This document shows positions 37,436-48,529 of a DNA stretch of 64,000 nt, one piece after another (the first letter of the stretch is position 1; each line of letters begins with the position of its first letter). The notes under the pieces were generated by a model that worked only from the letters and a program-made list of their open reading frames with translations, was not told the DNA's origin and ran no database searches. The position numbers and the translations under genes are program-made. This stretch comes from Mustelus asterias (lineage: Eukaryota), in contig NC_135830.1 in NCBI RefSeq assembly GCF_964213995.1, positions 15,996,001-16,060,000 on the forward strand. The letters run 5' to 3'.

Positions 37436-37718
37436 TTGGATTTTGCTGTCAGTGACATCCAGGATTATGTTCGTTGGGGTCTGTTGGATGATGTCAATAA
37501 ATTCCAGCCAGTTGTTTGGGCTAATATTGTGGATAAAGGTCAAATAAATCAGTTTTACATTACTATTTTTATATTGAACACACTGTGTTGCATCTATTTA
37601 ATGTCTCTAACTCCATTTGGATCCTTTTGAAGGGCTCTCCCTCTCCCCTGTCTTCGCCATCCTCACCTCCAACAACAAGTGTGAGGAGCGCATGGAGCTT
37701 CTTTGTCACTAAGGTTGA

Positions 37719-38095
37719 GGGGAGGTGATGGCCTAGTGGTATTAACACTAGACGGTTAATCCAGAAACTCAGCTAATGTTCTGGGTACCAGGTTTGAATC
37801 CCACCAGGGCAGATGGTGAAATCTGAATTCAATAAAAAAAATCTGGAATTAAGAATTTACTGATGACCGTGAAACAATTGTTGTAAAAACCCATCTGGTT
37901 TAATGATGTCCTTTCGGGAAGGAAATCTGTCGTCCTTGCCTGGTCTGGCCTACATGGGACTCCAGAGCCACAGCAGTGTGGTTGTCTCTAAAATGGCCGA
38001 GCAAGCCACTCATAAGGCAGCTCACCACCACCTTCTCAAGGGCAACTTGCAATAAATGCTGGCCATGCAACAACATCCATGTCTCACAAATGAAA
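37719..38095 (+). mobile_element. Full-length second-family tRNA-derived SINE
   Basis: A box TGGCCTAGTGG, B box GGTTTGAATCCC, core AAAACCCATCTGGTT...GGAAGGAAATCTG...GGTCTGGCCTACAT and a LINE-like tail GCTCACCACCACCTTCTCAAGGGC..AATAAA. Confidence 0.75.
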
Positions 38096-40234
38096 TTTAA
38101 AAAGCTGCCTCTGTTGCTTCCCTTCCTCCCACGAGCCCACCCTTGACCCCGGTGTCTTTGTTCCCCTCCTGCCCATCTCTCATTACAACTTCCAAAATCC
38201 CTGTCGTCTCCCAAATCTCTGCCCATATGTCCTGAAATTCCCTGTGTGAATCCCTCCGATTACATTTGTCTTTCCACAGTATTAAACCAGCTCTTACCAA
38301 AGTCTCAAATTACTGTGTGAATATGACTGAGGTAAGTTATCTGTCACTGTCCTTCTCAGCCAGTCTGCAGTTATTGACACCATTGACCAAACCATCTTCC
38401 TCCAGTGCCTCTCCATTATTGTCCAGCTGGGTGGGACTGCACACTTCGGATTAATTTCTTTTCTGATTGTAGTCAGAGAATCACCGGCAGTCATTGTGAT
38501 TATTACAGACAGAGAACAAGTGAATAGAGGGAGCAAAGTAAATGGGGAAAGAGACAGTGAGAGTGAATGGGATGGAAGTTCGTAAACTGAGACAAAGAGA
38601 ATCAGATTGAGACAGAAAATGGGGTCAACATTGTTCCAAAGAGAAGAGATTAATGCTTTTCAAACCTTCCTGATCATTATAACTTATCAATTTCTGTAAA
38701 ATATTTTGAGTGAATGGAACAAGGCCTGGATATGAGATTCTGAAACTCCCTCCCTAACTGTCCAGATTAAAGGTGTTTGTTAAGGTCTGTCTCTCCAAAC
38801 AAGGTTTTGGCCATCCATCCTAATATTGTGCTCTGTGACCCAGTAATTCTATTTCCAGATCTATCAGTAATGGACTTGCTGCCGTCTGGGACAAAACTGT
38901 TTTCACCACAAAGGCTCCACTGTGATGTAATAGTCTCTATGACATCATCGCAGCAGGACTGGATGACATCATCAGAGTCCATTGTTTCTGAATGATCCAC
39001 ATCAATAACAACAGGAAATACTCATCAAGCTGAGCACATTATCTAGGCTGACACTGCAGTCTGACACTGAGGGACTGCTGCACTCTGACACACACTGTCC
39101 TTCACATGGAGCTTGTGGAGGCTCTGGCCACAATCTTCCAATCCTTCTCATAGAGTTGTGGTGCCAAAAGGCTGAGAGATTGGAAATGTTACATCCCTGT
39201 TCAAAAAATTACAGAACAATCATCTTAACATCAGCGGTGGAGAAAAATGAAACCAATAATCTGGGGCACAATCAACTGGTACTTGGAAAAGTGTGGATTC
39301 TTATTGTCAGCATTTTCTGTTTTAATGCTGAAAACTTCCCTGGATCTCAAGGCTGGGAAAGACATTCTGGAAGGTCATCCCCCCCATTCCTCTCTCTATC
39401 CCTCCTCCCATCCCTCCCTACAACAAGAACCATTCACTCTGCACCGCAGTTTCACCCTCATTCCCCCAGTTTGTATTCCAGCCTTTACCACACCCACTCT
39501 GCTCCCAGATACTTCACACCATTAGATATTACAATTCAAACTTTATAATCTCTACAATTTAATATTTGTTCAGACAGCAGACAAATCATCAATTCCACTC
39601 CCACCCTGAGCTATGGGGATATCTTTATACATTATCTCATTTCACAATAAAACTCACACACTGAATTTCAGATTTGCTTCTGTTGTTTTAATTTGCCCAG
39701 CAGATTATTTGGAGTGAGACTGACATCAACCCTTCATGGTCTCAGTCTGTCTCTGTGTTTGTGAGAGTGTCTGAGATAGTGTGTGTGTCTGAGCGTGTGT
39801 ATGTATGAGTGTGTATCTGTGTGTGCTGTGTGTGTGTTTGTGTGAGATTATAGAAAGATAGAAACTAGAAGCAGGAGGAAGCCATTCGGCCCTTCGAGCC
39901 TGCTCCGCCATTCATTTTGATCATGGCTGATCATCGAATTCAATATTCTGATCCCCCTTCTTCCCACACCTTTAGCCCCAAGAGCTATATCTAATTTATT
40001 CTTGGAATCATATGTATGTGTCTGCATTTTTCTGAGTATTTGTGTGTCTATGAGTTTGTCTGAATTTGTTTCCGAGATTGATATCAGTTATGAGAATAGA
40101 TTCGTCTGCATTAAAATATATTAAAATAAGAATAGTAGGAATAAGAAAAATACAGCAGCACAATCCTCCAACAGGATCCTTCAGTAATCTGAGAATTCAG
40201 TGATTTCCCAGGCAGAGGCCATTTACCTCACATC

Positions 40235-40250
40235 GCCACAAGAGGGAGCT
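40235..40250 (+). promoter_or_regulatory. CTCF-like motif just upstream of the RSS-like array
   Basis: GCCACAAGAGGGAGCT versus core consensus CCACYAGRGGGCGC. Confidence 0.5.
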
Positions 40251-40297
40251 CCCTCGCTGTGTTTGTGTGTTCACTGCAGCAGGAGCGGGTTCCATTA

Positions 40298-43144
40298 CAC
40301 AGTGAAATGTAACAGAGCAGAAATCCAGGAGAACTGGATTAATTGTTGGATTACACAGTGATATGTCACAGAGCAGGAATCCAGGAGAACTGGATTAATT
40401 GTTAGATTACACAGTGAAATGTTACAGAGCAGTAATCCAGGAGAACTGGATTAATTGTTAGATTACACAGTGATATGTAACAGAGCAGAAATCCAGGGGA
40501 ACTGGATTAATTGTTGGATTACACAGTGATATATTACAGAGCAGAAATCCAGGAGAACTGGATTAATTGTTAGATTACACAGTGATATGTTACAGAGCAG
40601 AAATCCAGGGGAACTGGATTAATTGTTGGATTACACAGTGATATGTTACAGAGCAGTAATCCAGGAGAACTGGATTAATTGTTAGATTACACAGTGATAT
40701 GTTACAGAGCAGAAATCCAGGGGAACTGGATTAATTGTTGGATTACACAGTGATATATTACAGAGCAGAAATCCAGGAGAACTGGATTAATTGTTGGATT
40801 ACACAGTGATATGTTACAGAGCAGAAATCCAGGGGAACTGGATTAATTGTTAGATTACACAGTGATATGTTACAGAGCAGAAATCCAGGGGAACTGGAGT
40901 AATTGTTGGATTACACAGTGATATGTTACAGAGCAGTAATCCAGGGGAACTGAATTAATTGTTAGATTACACAGTGATATGTTACAGAGCAGTAATCCAG
41001 GAGAACTGGATTAATTGTTAGATTACACAGTGATATGTAACAGAGCAGAAATCCAGGAGAACTGGATTAATTGTTAGATTACACAGTGATATGTAACAGA
41101 GCAGAAATCCAGGAGAACTGGATTAATTGTTAGATTACACAGTGATATGTTACAGAGCAGAAATCCAGGGGAACTGGATTAATTGTTGGATTACACAGTG
41201 ATATATTACAGAGCAGAAATCCAGGAGAACTGGATTAATTGTTGGATTTCACAGTGATATGTTACAGAGCAGGAATCCAGGGGAACTGGATTAATTGTTA
41301 GATTACACAGTGATATGTTACAGAGCAGAAATCCAGGGGAACTGGAGTAATTGTTGGATTACACAGTGATATGTTACAGAGCAGTAATCCAGGGGAACTG
41401 AATTAATTGTTAGATTACACAGTGATATGTTACAGAGCAGTAATCCAGGAGAACTGGATTAATTGTTAGATTACACAGTGATATGTAACAGAGCAGAAAT
41501 CCAGGGGAACTGGATTAATTGTTAGATTACACAGTGATATGTTACAGAGCAGTAATCCAGGGGAACTGGATTAATTGTTGGATTACACAGTGATATGTAA
41601 CAGAGCAGAAATCCAGGGGAACTGGAGTAATTGTTGGATTACACAGTGATATGTAACAGAGCAGTAATCCAGGGGAACTGGATTAATTGTTAGATTACAC
41701 AGTGATATGTAACAGAGCAGAAATCCAGGGGAACTGGAGTAATTGTTGGATTACACAGTGATATGTTACAGAGCAGAAATCCAGGGGAACTGGATTAATT
41801 GTTAGATTACACAGTGATATGTTACAGAGCAGAAATCCAGGGGAACTGGAGTAATTGTTGGATTACACAGTGATATGTTACAGAGCAGTAATCCAGGGGA
41901 ACTGAATTAATTGTTAGATTACACAGTGATATGTTACAGAGCAGTAATCCAGGAGAACTGGATTAATTGTTAGATTACACAGTGATATGTAACAGAGCAT
42001 AAATCCAGGAGAACTGGATTAATTGTTAGATTACACAGTGATATGTAACAGAGCAGAAATCCAGGAGAACTGGATTAATTGTTGGATTACACAGTGATAT
42101 GTTACAGAGCAGTAATCCAGGGGAACTGGATTAACTGTTGGATTACACAGTGATATGTTACAGAGCAGTAATCCAGGGGAACTGGATTAATTGTTGGATT
42201 ACACAGTGATATGTTACAGAGCAGTAATCCAGGGGAACTGGATTAATTGTTGGATTACACAGTGATATGTAACAGAGCAGAAATCCAGGAGAACTGGATT
42301 AATTGTTAGATTACACAGTGATATGTTACAGAGCAGTAATCCAGGGGAACTGGATTAATTGTTGGATTACACAGTGATATGTTACAGAGCAGAAATCCAG
42401 GGGAACTGGATTAATTGTTGGATTACACAGTGATATGTAACAGAGCAGAAATCCAGGAGAACTGGATTAATTGTTGGATTACACAGTGATATGTTACAGA
42501 GCAGTAATCCAGGGGAACTGGATTAATTGTTGGATTACACAGTGATATGTTACAGAGCAGTAATCCAGGGGAACTGGATTAATTGTTGGATTACACAGTG
42601 ATATGTAACAGAGCAGAAATCCAGGAGAACTGGATTAATTGTTAGATTACACAGTGATATGTAACAGAGCAGAAATCCAGGAGAACTGGATTAATTGTTG
42701 GATTACACAGTGATATGTTACAGAGCAGTAATCCAGGGGAACTGGATTAATTGTTGGATTACACAGTGATATGTTACAGAGCAGTAATCCAGGGGAACTG
42801 GATTAATTGTTGGATTACACAGTGATATGTTACAGAGCAGTAATCCAGGGGAACTGGATTAATTGTTGGATTACACAGTGATATGTAACAGAGCAGAAAT
42901 CCAGGAGAACTGGATTAATTGTTGGATTACACAGTGATATGTAACAGAGCAGAAATCCAGGGGAACTGGATTAATTGTTAGATTACACAGTGATATGTTA
43001 CAGAGCAGGAATCCAGGAGAACTGGATTAATTGTTAGATTACACAGTGATATGTTACAGAGCAGTAATCCAGGGAACTGGATTAATTGTTAGATTACACA
43101 GTGATATGTAACAGAGCAGTAATCCAGGAGAACTGGATTAATTG
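40298..43144 (+). repeat. 56-bp tandem array (~51 copies), each unit = heptamer CACAGTG + 12-bp spacer + nonamer-like GCAG(A/T)AATC + 28-bp linker with a hairpin
   Basis: Heptamers at 40298, 40354, 40410 ... 43097 (period 56, one 1-bp deletion). The spacer is ATATGT(T/A)ACAGA and the inverted repeat is AATCCAG-GRGAA-CTGGATT. Confidence 0.95.
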
Positions 43145-45365
43145 TGTGTGTGTGTGTGTGTGTGTCCCTGGGCACAGTTCCCAGAGAGTTTAAAATCTTC
43201 TTACAGCTAGCCAATTCCTGATCCAAACCGCTAAATCACCCTCAATCCCATGCCTCCGTATCTTCTGCAATAGCTTAACCGTGAGGTTAGAGTGTTAAAA
43301 TCTGAAATAAAACAGTCAACGCCACAAAGAGTCAACAGGCCCGGCAGTTTGTGTGGAGGCAGAAACAGAGTGAAACACACAGTTAAACATCCATATGAAT
43401 CAAGAGCAGCAGTAGACCTTTGGGCTGCTCTGCTCCAGATAAGATCCCAGCTGATCTGACTGTGACCAAAACTCCACTTTCCTCTCAAGAATTCAATGAA
43501 TCAGCCTTAAAAATATTCAATGACTCTCTCTCCACTGCTCTCTGGGGAAGAGAATTCCACAGACCAAAGACCCTCTGAGAGGAAAAAAAATCTCATTCTC
43601 TCTCTTTCAGACGTCTTAAATCCGCTCGTTCTCCGGAGCCACACAGGGAAAGCCAGACCCGTGAAGAAGGGAGAGAGGGAGGTGGAGAAGAACAAAATGA
43701 AAAATCTGCAAACTGATAACATGATTCACAGCCCGAGACCAAAACGAGTGTTAATGGGACAAGTAAAGACACAAAAGATGATCTGGATGAGGTGTAAATA
43801 GTCCGAATGCAAAGTAAAGTAAACAAGAGGGAAATGAGGTGAAAAAAGCAACAACGAAACACAGAACACAATGGGGGCAGAGATTGTGGTGTAAAATTGT
43901 TGAGCTCAGTTTTGTTCTGAAGGCTGTAAAGTGTCTCTTTTAGTTGCGGGAAATAATATATTTCCCAGTTCCGATGACAGGTCACATTCAGTCTGTTTCT
44001 CTCTCCACAGAGGCTGCCTGACTTGTTGAGTATTTCCAGCGTTTCCTGCTTTATGTCACAGAGAATGTCGAAGAATTGTTACACCCGGAACAGATGTCTC
44101 TTCCTCGGGACACTCCAGCTCGGGTCAGGGTGGGGGGATAATGTTCACTGTTTTATATTTGTGTCTGGTGCGAGTAATATCTTAAATTAAATGGAGAAGT
44201 TTTTTAAACTGAAGAGAGTAACTGAAACTGACTTGAAACAACATTAACAAGCCCGGGCTGCTGGAGAAACATTTAGGGATTTGTGAGCAGTCAGTTCCGG
44301 CTGGTTTGAAGTGAAATCCTGTCGGTGCTGCGGCAAATCTGAACTCAAACCAGACAAACTGGAACCGCTGGGTTAGAGATTCCGGGTGTTGGGATGTGGG
44401 AGCTGGGGGAGGGGGAGATGGCGGGAAAACTCTGAGCCTGAGTTTAGACAGGGTGAGCGGGGTAAAGGGGAGGAATGACAGAGTTAATGTGGGAGTCAGG
44501 GACAATAGCAGAAGGTGGGAAGCTCTGGAAAGGAGCAATGGGGGTAAAGGCCATCAAAGAATGCTTGTTTAAATGAAGATAAAAGCAAAAATACTGCGGA
44601 TGCTGGAATCTGAAACAGAAAATGCTGGAAATCTCAGCAGGTCTGACTGCATCTGTGGAGAGAGAACAGAATTAATGTTTCCAGTCTGGATGATCATAGG
44701 TGCTGCCAGAAATGCTGAGGTTCTCCAGCATTTTCTGTTTGTGTTTAACTGAAGGTTCAGCAGGGAAACAAGCAGCGATTTCACACACACTAAACCCAGG
44801 GAGAGGGGGTGACCCAGGATAAGGGACAGGCGCAGCTCAGTGAGGCTCTGCAAAGTCCAGCAATCTGTCCACATTGAGAGCTTAGAGCGCCAAGGGGGAG
44901 GGGAAGGACAAACTATTTGGGACACAGCAGGAGGTCACCCCTCCCCCCATTCTGTGGTTTCACAGACCCTCCCACACCTGGGCAAGGTTGGCTCAAGGTG
45001 CAGGAAGCTGCAAGCTGAGAGGCTGAGCTGTGAACTGGGCCGGGTTGGGGGTTTGAGTGACAGTCCTGGGGCTATTTCAGGACAGGAACTGCCACAGATT
45101 CCCTCTTTTTCCTGGGACGTTTCTGTGGAGCTGTGTTGGTGAGTGTTTGTAATCTCTGTCTCACTGTCTCGGTAATGGGGGTGGGTTGTAGATTGCTGTG
45201 AGTGTTAGACTAAATAACCTCTCCTCATGCTGCCAGTTCCAGTCTGCAGACTCCATTTCTCAGTCCAGTCTGCTGCTCTGTCTCTCTGTACTTTGCTGCA
45301 GTGCTCCACATTCTGAGCAACATCCAGCCCATTGTTATCACCCCAAATTTGCGGCAAACTACCTT

Positions 45366-46190
45366 CACTGTGGCACAGCGGTTCGCACTGCTGCCTCACA
45401 GCGCCAGGGTTCGAATCTAGCCGTGGGTGTGTGTCTGTGTGGAGTTTGCACAGTAAGAACTCTCACAATATCAGGTTAACGTCCAATAAATTCATTTGGA
45501 ATCAATGCAAATTACTGCGGATTCTGGAATCTGAAACCAAAAGAGGAAATGCTGGAAAATCTCAGCAGGTCTGGCAGCATCTGTAAAGAGAGAAAAGAAT
45601 TGACATTTTGAGTCCAGATGACCGTTTGTCAAAGCTGCTCCTTCATCAGCTCTCCAAAAGCTCGTGGTTCCAAATAACCTGATGTTGTGAGACTTCTTAC
45701 TGTGCCCACCCCAGTCCAACATCGCCACCTCAGGTGTGGAGTTTGCACAATTCCCCCCCCCCCCCCCCCTCCCCCCGCCGTCTGTGTGCATTTCCTCTGG
45801 GTGCTCTGGTTTCCTCTCACTGCCCAAACGTGTGCAGGTTAGGTGAATTGACCATGTTAAATTTGTCCCTTAGTGTCCCAAGATGTGTAGGGTCTAATTT
45901 GATTTATTATTGTTGCATGTTCTGGGATACAGTGAAAATTATTTCTTGCGTGTTATACAGAAAAAAAAGTCATAATTTGATAAAGTACATTTGGGGAAAG
46001 GAAAAGAGTCGGGTACAGAATATATTGTTGCGGTTGCAGGCAGGGTGAAGAAAAAGGTCAGGATGGGGATTAGCAGAGTAAGTGCGTGGGGTTACTGGGA
46101 TAGGGGGTGAGCCTGGGAAAGATGCTCTCAGAGTCAGTAGAGACTCGATGGGTAAAATGGCCTCTTTCTGCACTGTAAGGATTCTATGAT
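45366..46190 (+). mobile_element. HE1-like SINE carrying nested insertions (fold-back mini-element 45453-45733; Rex1-like tail ~45895-46055)
   Basis: A 16-bp TSD GTGTGGAGTTTGCACA lies at 45437-45452 and 45734-45749. ATTTGATTTATTATTG is a minus-strand Rex1-type tail. Confidence 0.75.
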
Positions 46191-46703
46191 TAGTGAATAA
46201 CGGTGAGCAACTTTTGAATAGAGGGGTTTCTGGGGCGCAGAGCATTGTGGGAAATGTGACGGCCATTAGTCAGTGCTTGACTCTAGATGTTTCATTATAG
46301 ACTGAGGGCAGGTCAGCTACCTGAGCCCTCAGTTCTGTTTGTAACTCTCACAGGCTGCCTAGTCTGCTGAATATCTCGAGGATTTGTTTTTTTGTCGAAG
46401 ATACAGTCTCCACAGAGTTTTCTGTGTTATTCTTTTATAGGTTCGAATTTAGAAACACAGTTAGGAGCCGGTTTGAATCAGGCTGCGTGTTGGATGCAGA
46501 ACTCAGTTCCTGGCCTCCTGCGTGTTTTTTTAACTGTTGCTTCGGTCTGGACTCTGTTCATCACCTGTCTCTATGGGTTCTCTCTCAATCCCCTTTTTTC
46601 TGTTTTAAATCAGTTTCACAGGGACTAGAAGGGGACGATTTGCAGTCAGGAAACTGAAAGTAAATATCATATCAGGAACTGCCAGAGTCGTCCAATTTGG
46701 AAC

Positions 46704-47573
46704 ATGGAAGGAAAAAGCACTATTCACAGTGGAGAGAAACCGTACACGGGTTCTGTGTGTGGACGAGGCTTCAGCCGATCCTCTGGCCTGTCAAAACGTA
46801 AGTGCAGCCACTCCTTGGAAAAACTGTGGAAATGTGTGGACTGTGGGAAGGAATTTAATTACCCATCCCAGCTGGAAGCTCATCGGCGCAGTCACACTGG
46901 GGAGAGACCGTTCACCTGCTCTGAGTGTGGGAAGGGTTTCACTCAGTCATCCAATCTACTTGCTCATCAGCGAGTTCACACTGATGAGAGACCTTTTAAA
47001 TGCTCAGACTGTGGGAAATGCTTCAAAAGTTCTTGGGAACTGACGTCCCATCAACGTGTTCACACTGATGAGAGACCGTTCAGATGCTCTCACTGTGGGA
47101 TTGGGTTCAAGCATTCACATAGCCTTACTGTACACCAGCGAATTCACACTGGGGAGATACCATTCACCTGCTCCGAGTGTGGAAAGGGATTCACTCGGTC
47201 ATCCCAACTATTGACACACCAGCGAGTTCACACTGGGGAGAGACCATTTAAATGCTCTGACTGTGAGAAGTGCTATAAAAGTTCTGGTGAACTGACTTCC
47301 CATCAATGTGTTCACACTGATGAGAGACCGTTCAGGTGCTCTCACTGCGGGACTGGGTTCAGGCGATCATATGACCTCATTCTACACCAGCGCACCCACA
47401 CTGGGGAAAGGCCATTCACCTGCTCCGAGTGTGGGAAGGGATTCATTCAGTCCTCCAGCCTGCTGAGACACAAGCGAGCTCACACTGGGGAAAGGCCATT
47501 CACCTGCTCTGAGAGTGGGAAGAGATTCACTCAGTCATCCTACCTGCTTAGACACCAAAGAATTCACGAGTAA
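46704..47573 (+). CDS. Intact KRAB-less tandem C2H2 zinc-finger protein (289 aa; 8 canonical plus 2 degenerate fingers)
   Basis: Open [17 protein letters not shown]...HQRIHE*, with acceptor TTTCACAG| at 46621 and an AATAAA at ~47685. Confidence 0.85.
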   Translation: MEGKSTIHSGEKPYTGSVCGRGFSRSSGLSKRKCSHSLEKLWKCVDCGKEFNYPSQLEAHRRSHTGERPFTCSECGKGFTQSSNLLAHQRVHTDERPFKCSDCGKCFKSSWELTSHQRVHTDERPFRCSHCGIGFKHSHSLTVHQRIHTGEIPFTCSECGKGFTRSSQLLTHQRVHTGERPFKCSDCEKCYKSSGELTSHQCVHTDERPFRCSHCGTGFRRSYDLILHQRTHTGERPFTCSECGKGFIQSSSLLRHKRAHTGERPFTCSESGKRFTQSSYLLRHQRIHE

Positions 47574-48529
47574 CCACAGTGATTGGAATCTGCTGTTAAT
47601 CCTATCCAGGACTGTAATACGTTCATTGCGTTTGTTTTTGTTGATGTTAATGAACTCCAGCCAGTTATACTGTTTAATATTCTGAATAAAAGTCAAATCA
47701 ATTATCTTTGTGTTCAGTACTGTGAATCTTTTTAATATCATCAGCACAACTGAATTCCTTTTGAGTTGCTCTCCCATTGTCCCTCTCCCATCTTCACCTC
47801 CCCACAAGTGCTCATTGGAAATAAAACTCACAATCTTCTTTGTCACTAAGTTTGAGACAATCCAATCAGCTGCCTCTCCTGCTTCCCTCCTTCCCCTAAC
47901 TCACTGGAACAAACCTCCTCTAACGCTCCCCTTTGTCTGAGCTCTGAACTCTCATCTTTCTGCAGTTTCTCTCCTGCCTCCCCTCATGTCCTCTTAGAGC
48001 TCATCTTGCCCATGAGACCCATCTCTTGATCCCTCAATCCTATTCCCACTGTCCTACTGACAGCACAACTTCTCCATATCAGCTGATATTGCCAATATCT
48101 TCCTCTCCTTCAAATCCGATATCATCACCCACTTCTCATTAAAATATCTTTGACACATGCCCTTGTAAACTACCATCCCACCTCCCTTTCCTCTCTAAAG
48201 TCCTTGAATGTTTTACCTTCCACATATTGTAACTTGTTTTCCCTTTATCATTGTGTATAGTAAAGTTTATTTTGTTTGTGCAGAATCTGTGGAATCTTTT
48301 GCCTTTATTCACTTGTTAAGTGTCTTGAATCTCCACCATTGTCAATTTTATACAAACTCACCCAAATCTAAAAACTATTTTGTGGGAATTGGGGGAATAG
48401 AACAGAAGATGGGTTTCTGCTGCTAAGTTACAATCTCAGCTGATGTTACTTCTGGACTTCTGGACAGGAAGGTCCCAGAATAAAATCCTGGCTCAATTGA
48501 CCATCACTTTTACCTTTTTGTTTTAGAAA

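Noticed and set aside
40298-43144. CRISPR array (palindromic repeat unit)
   Set aside because: Eukaryotic context, no unique spacers and no cas genes; the whole 56-bp unit is repeated.
40298-43144. Array of D gene segments
   Set aside because: D segments need RSSs on both sides. I found no opposite-facing heptamer/nonamer at 12 or 23 spacing on the minus strand.
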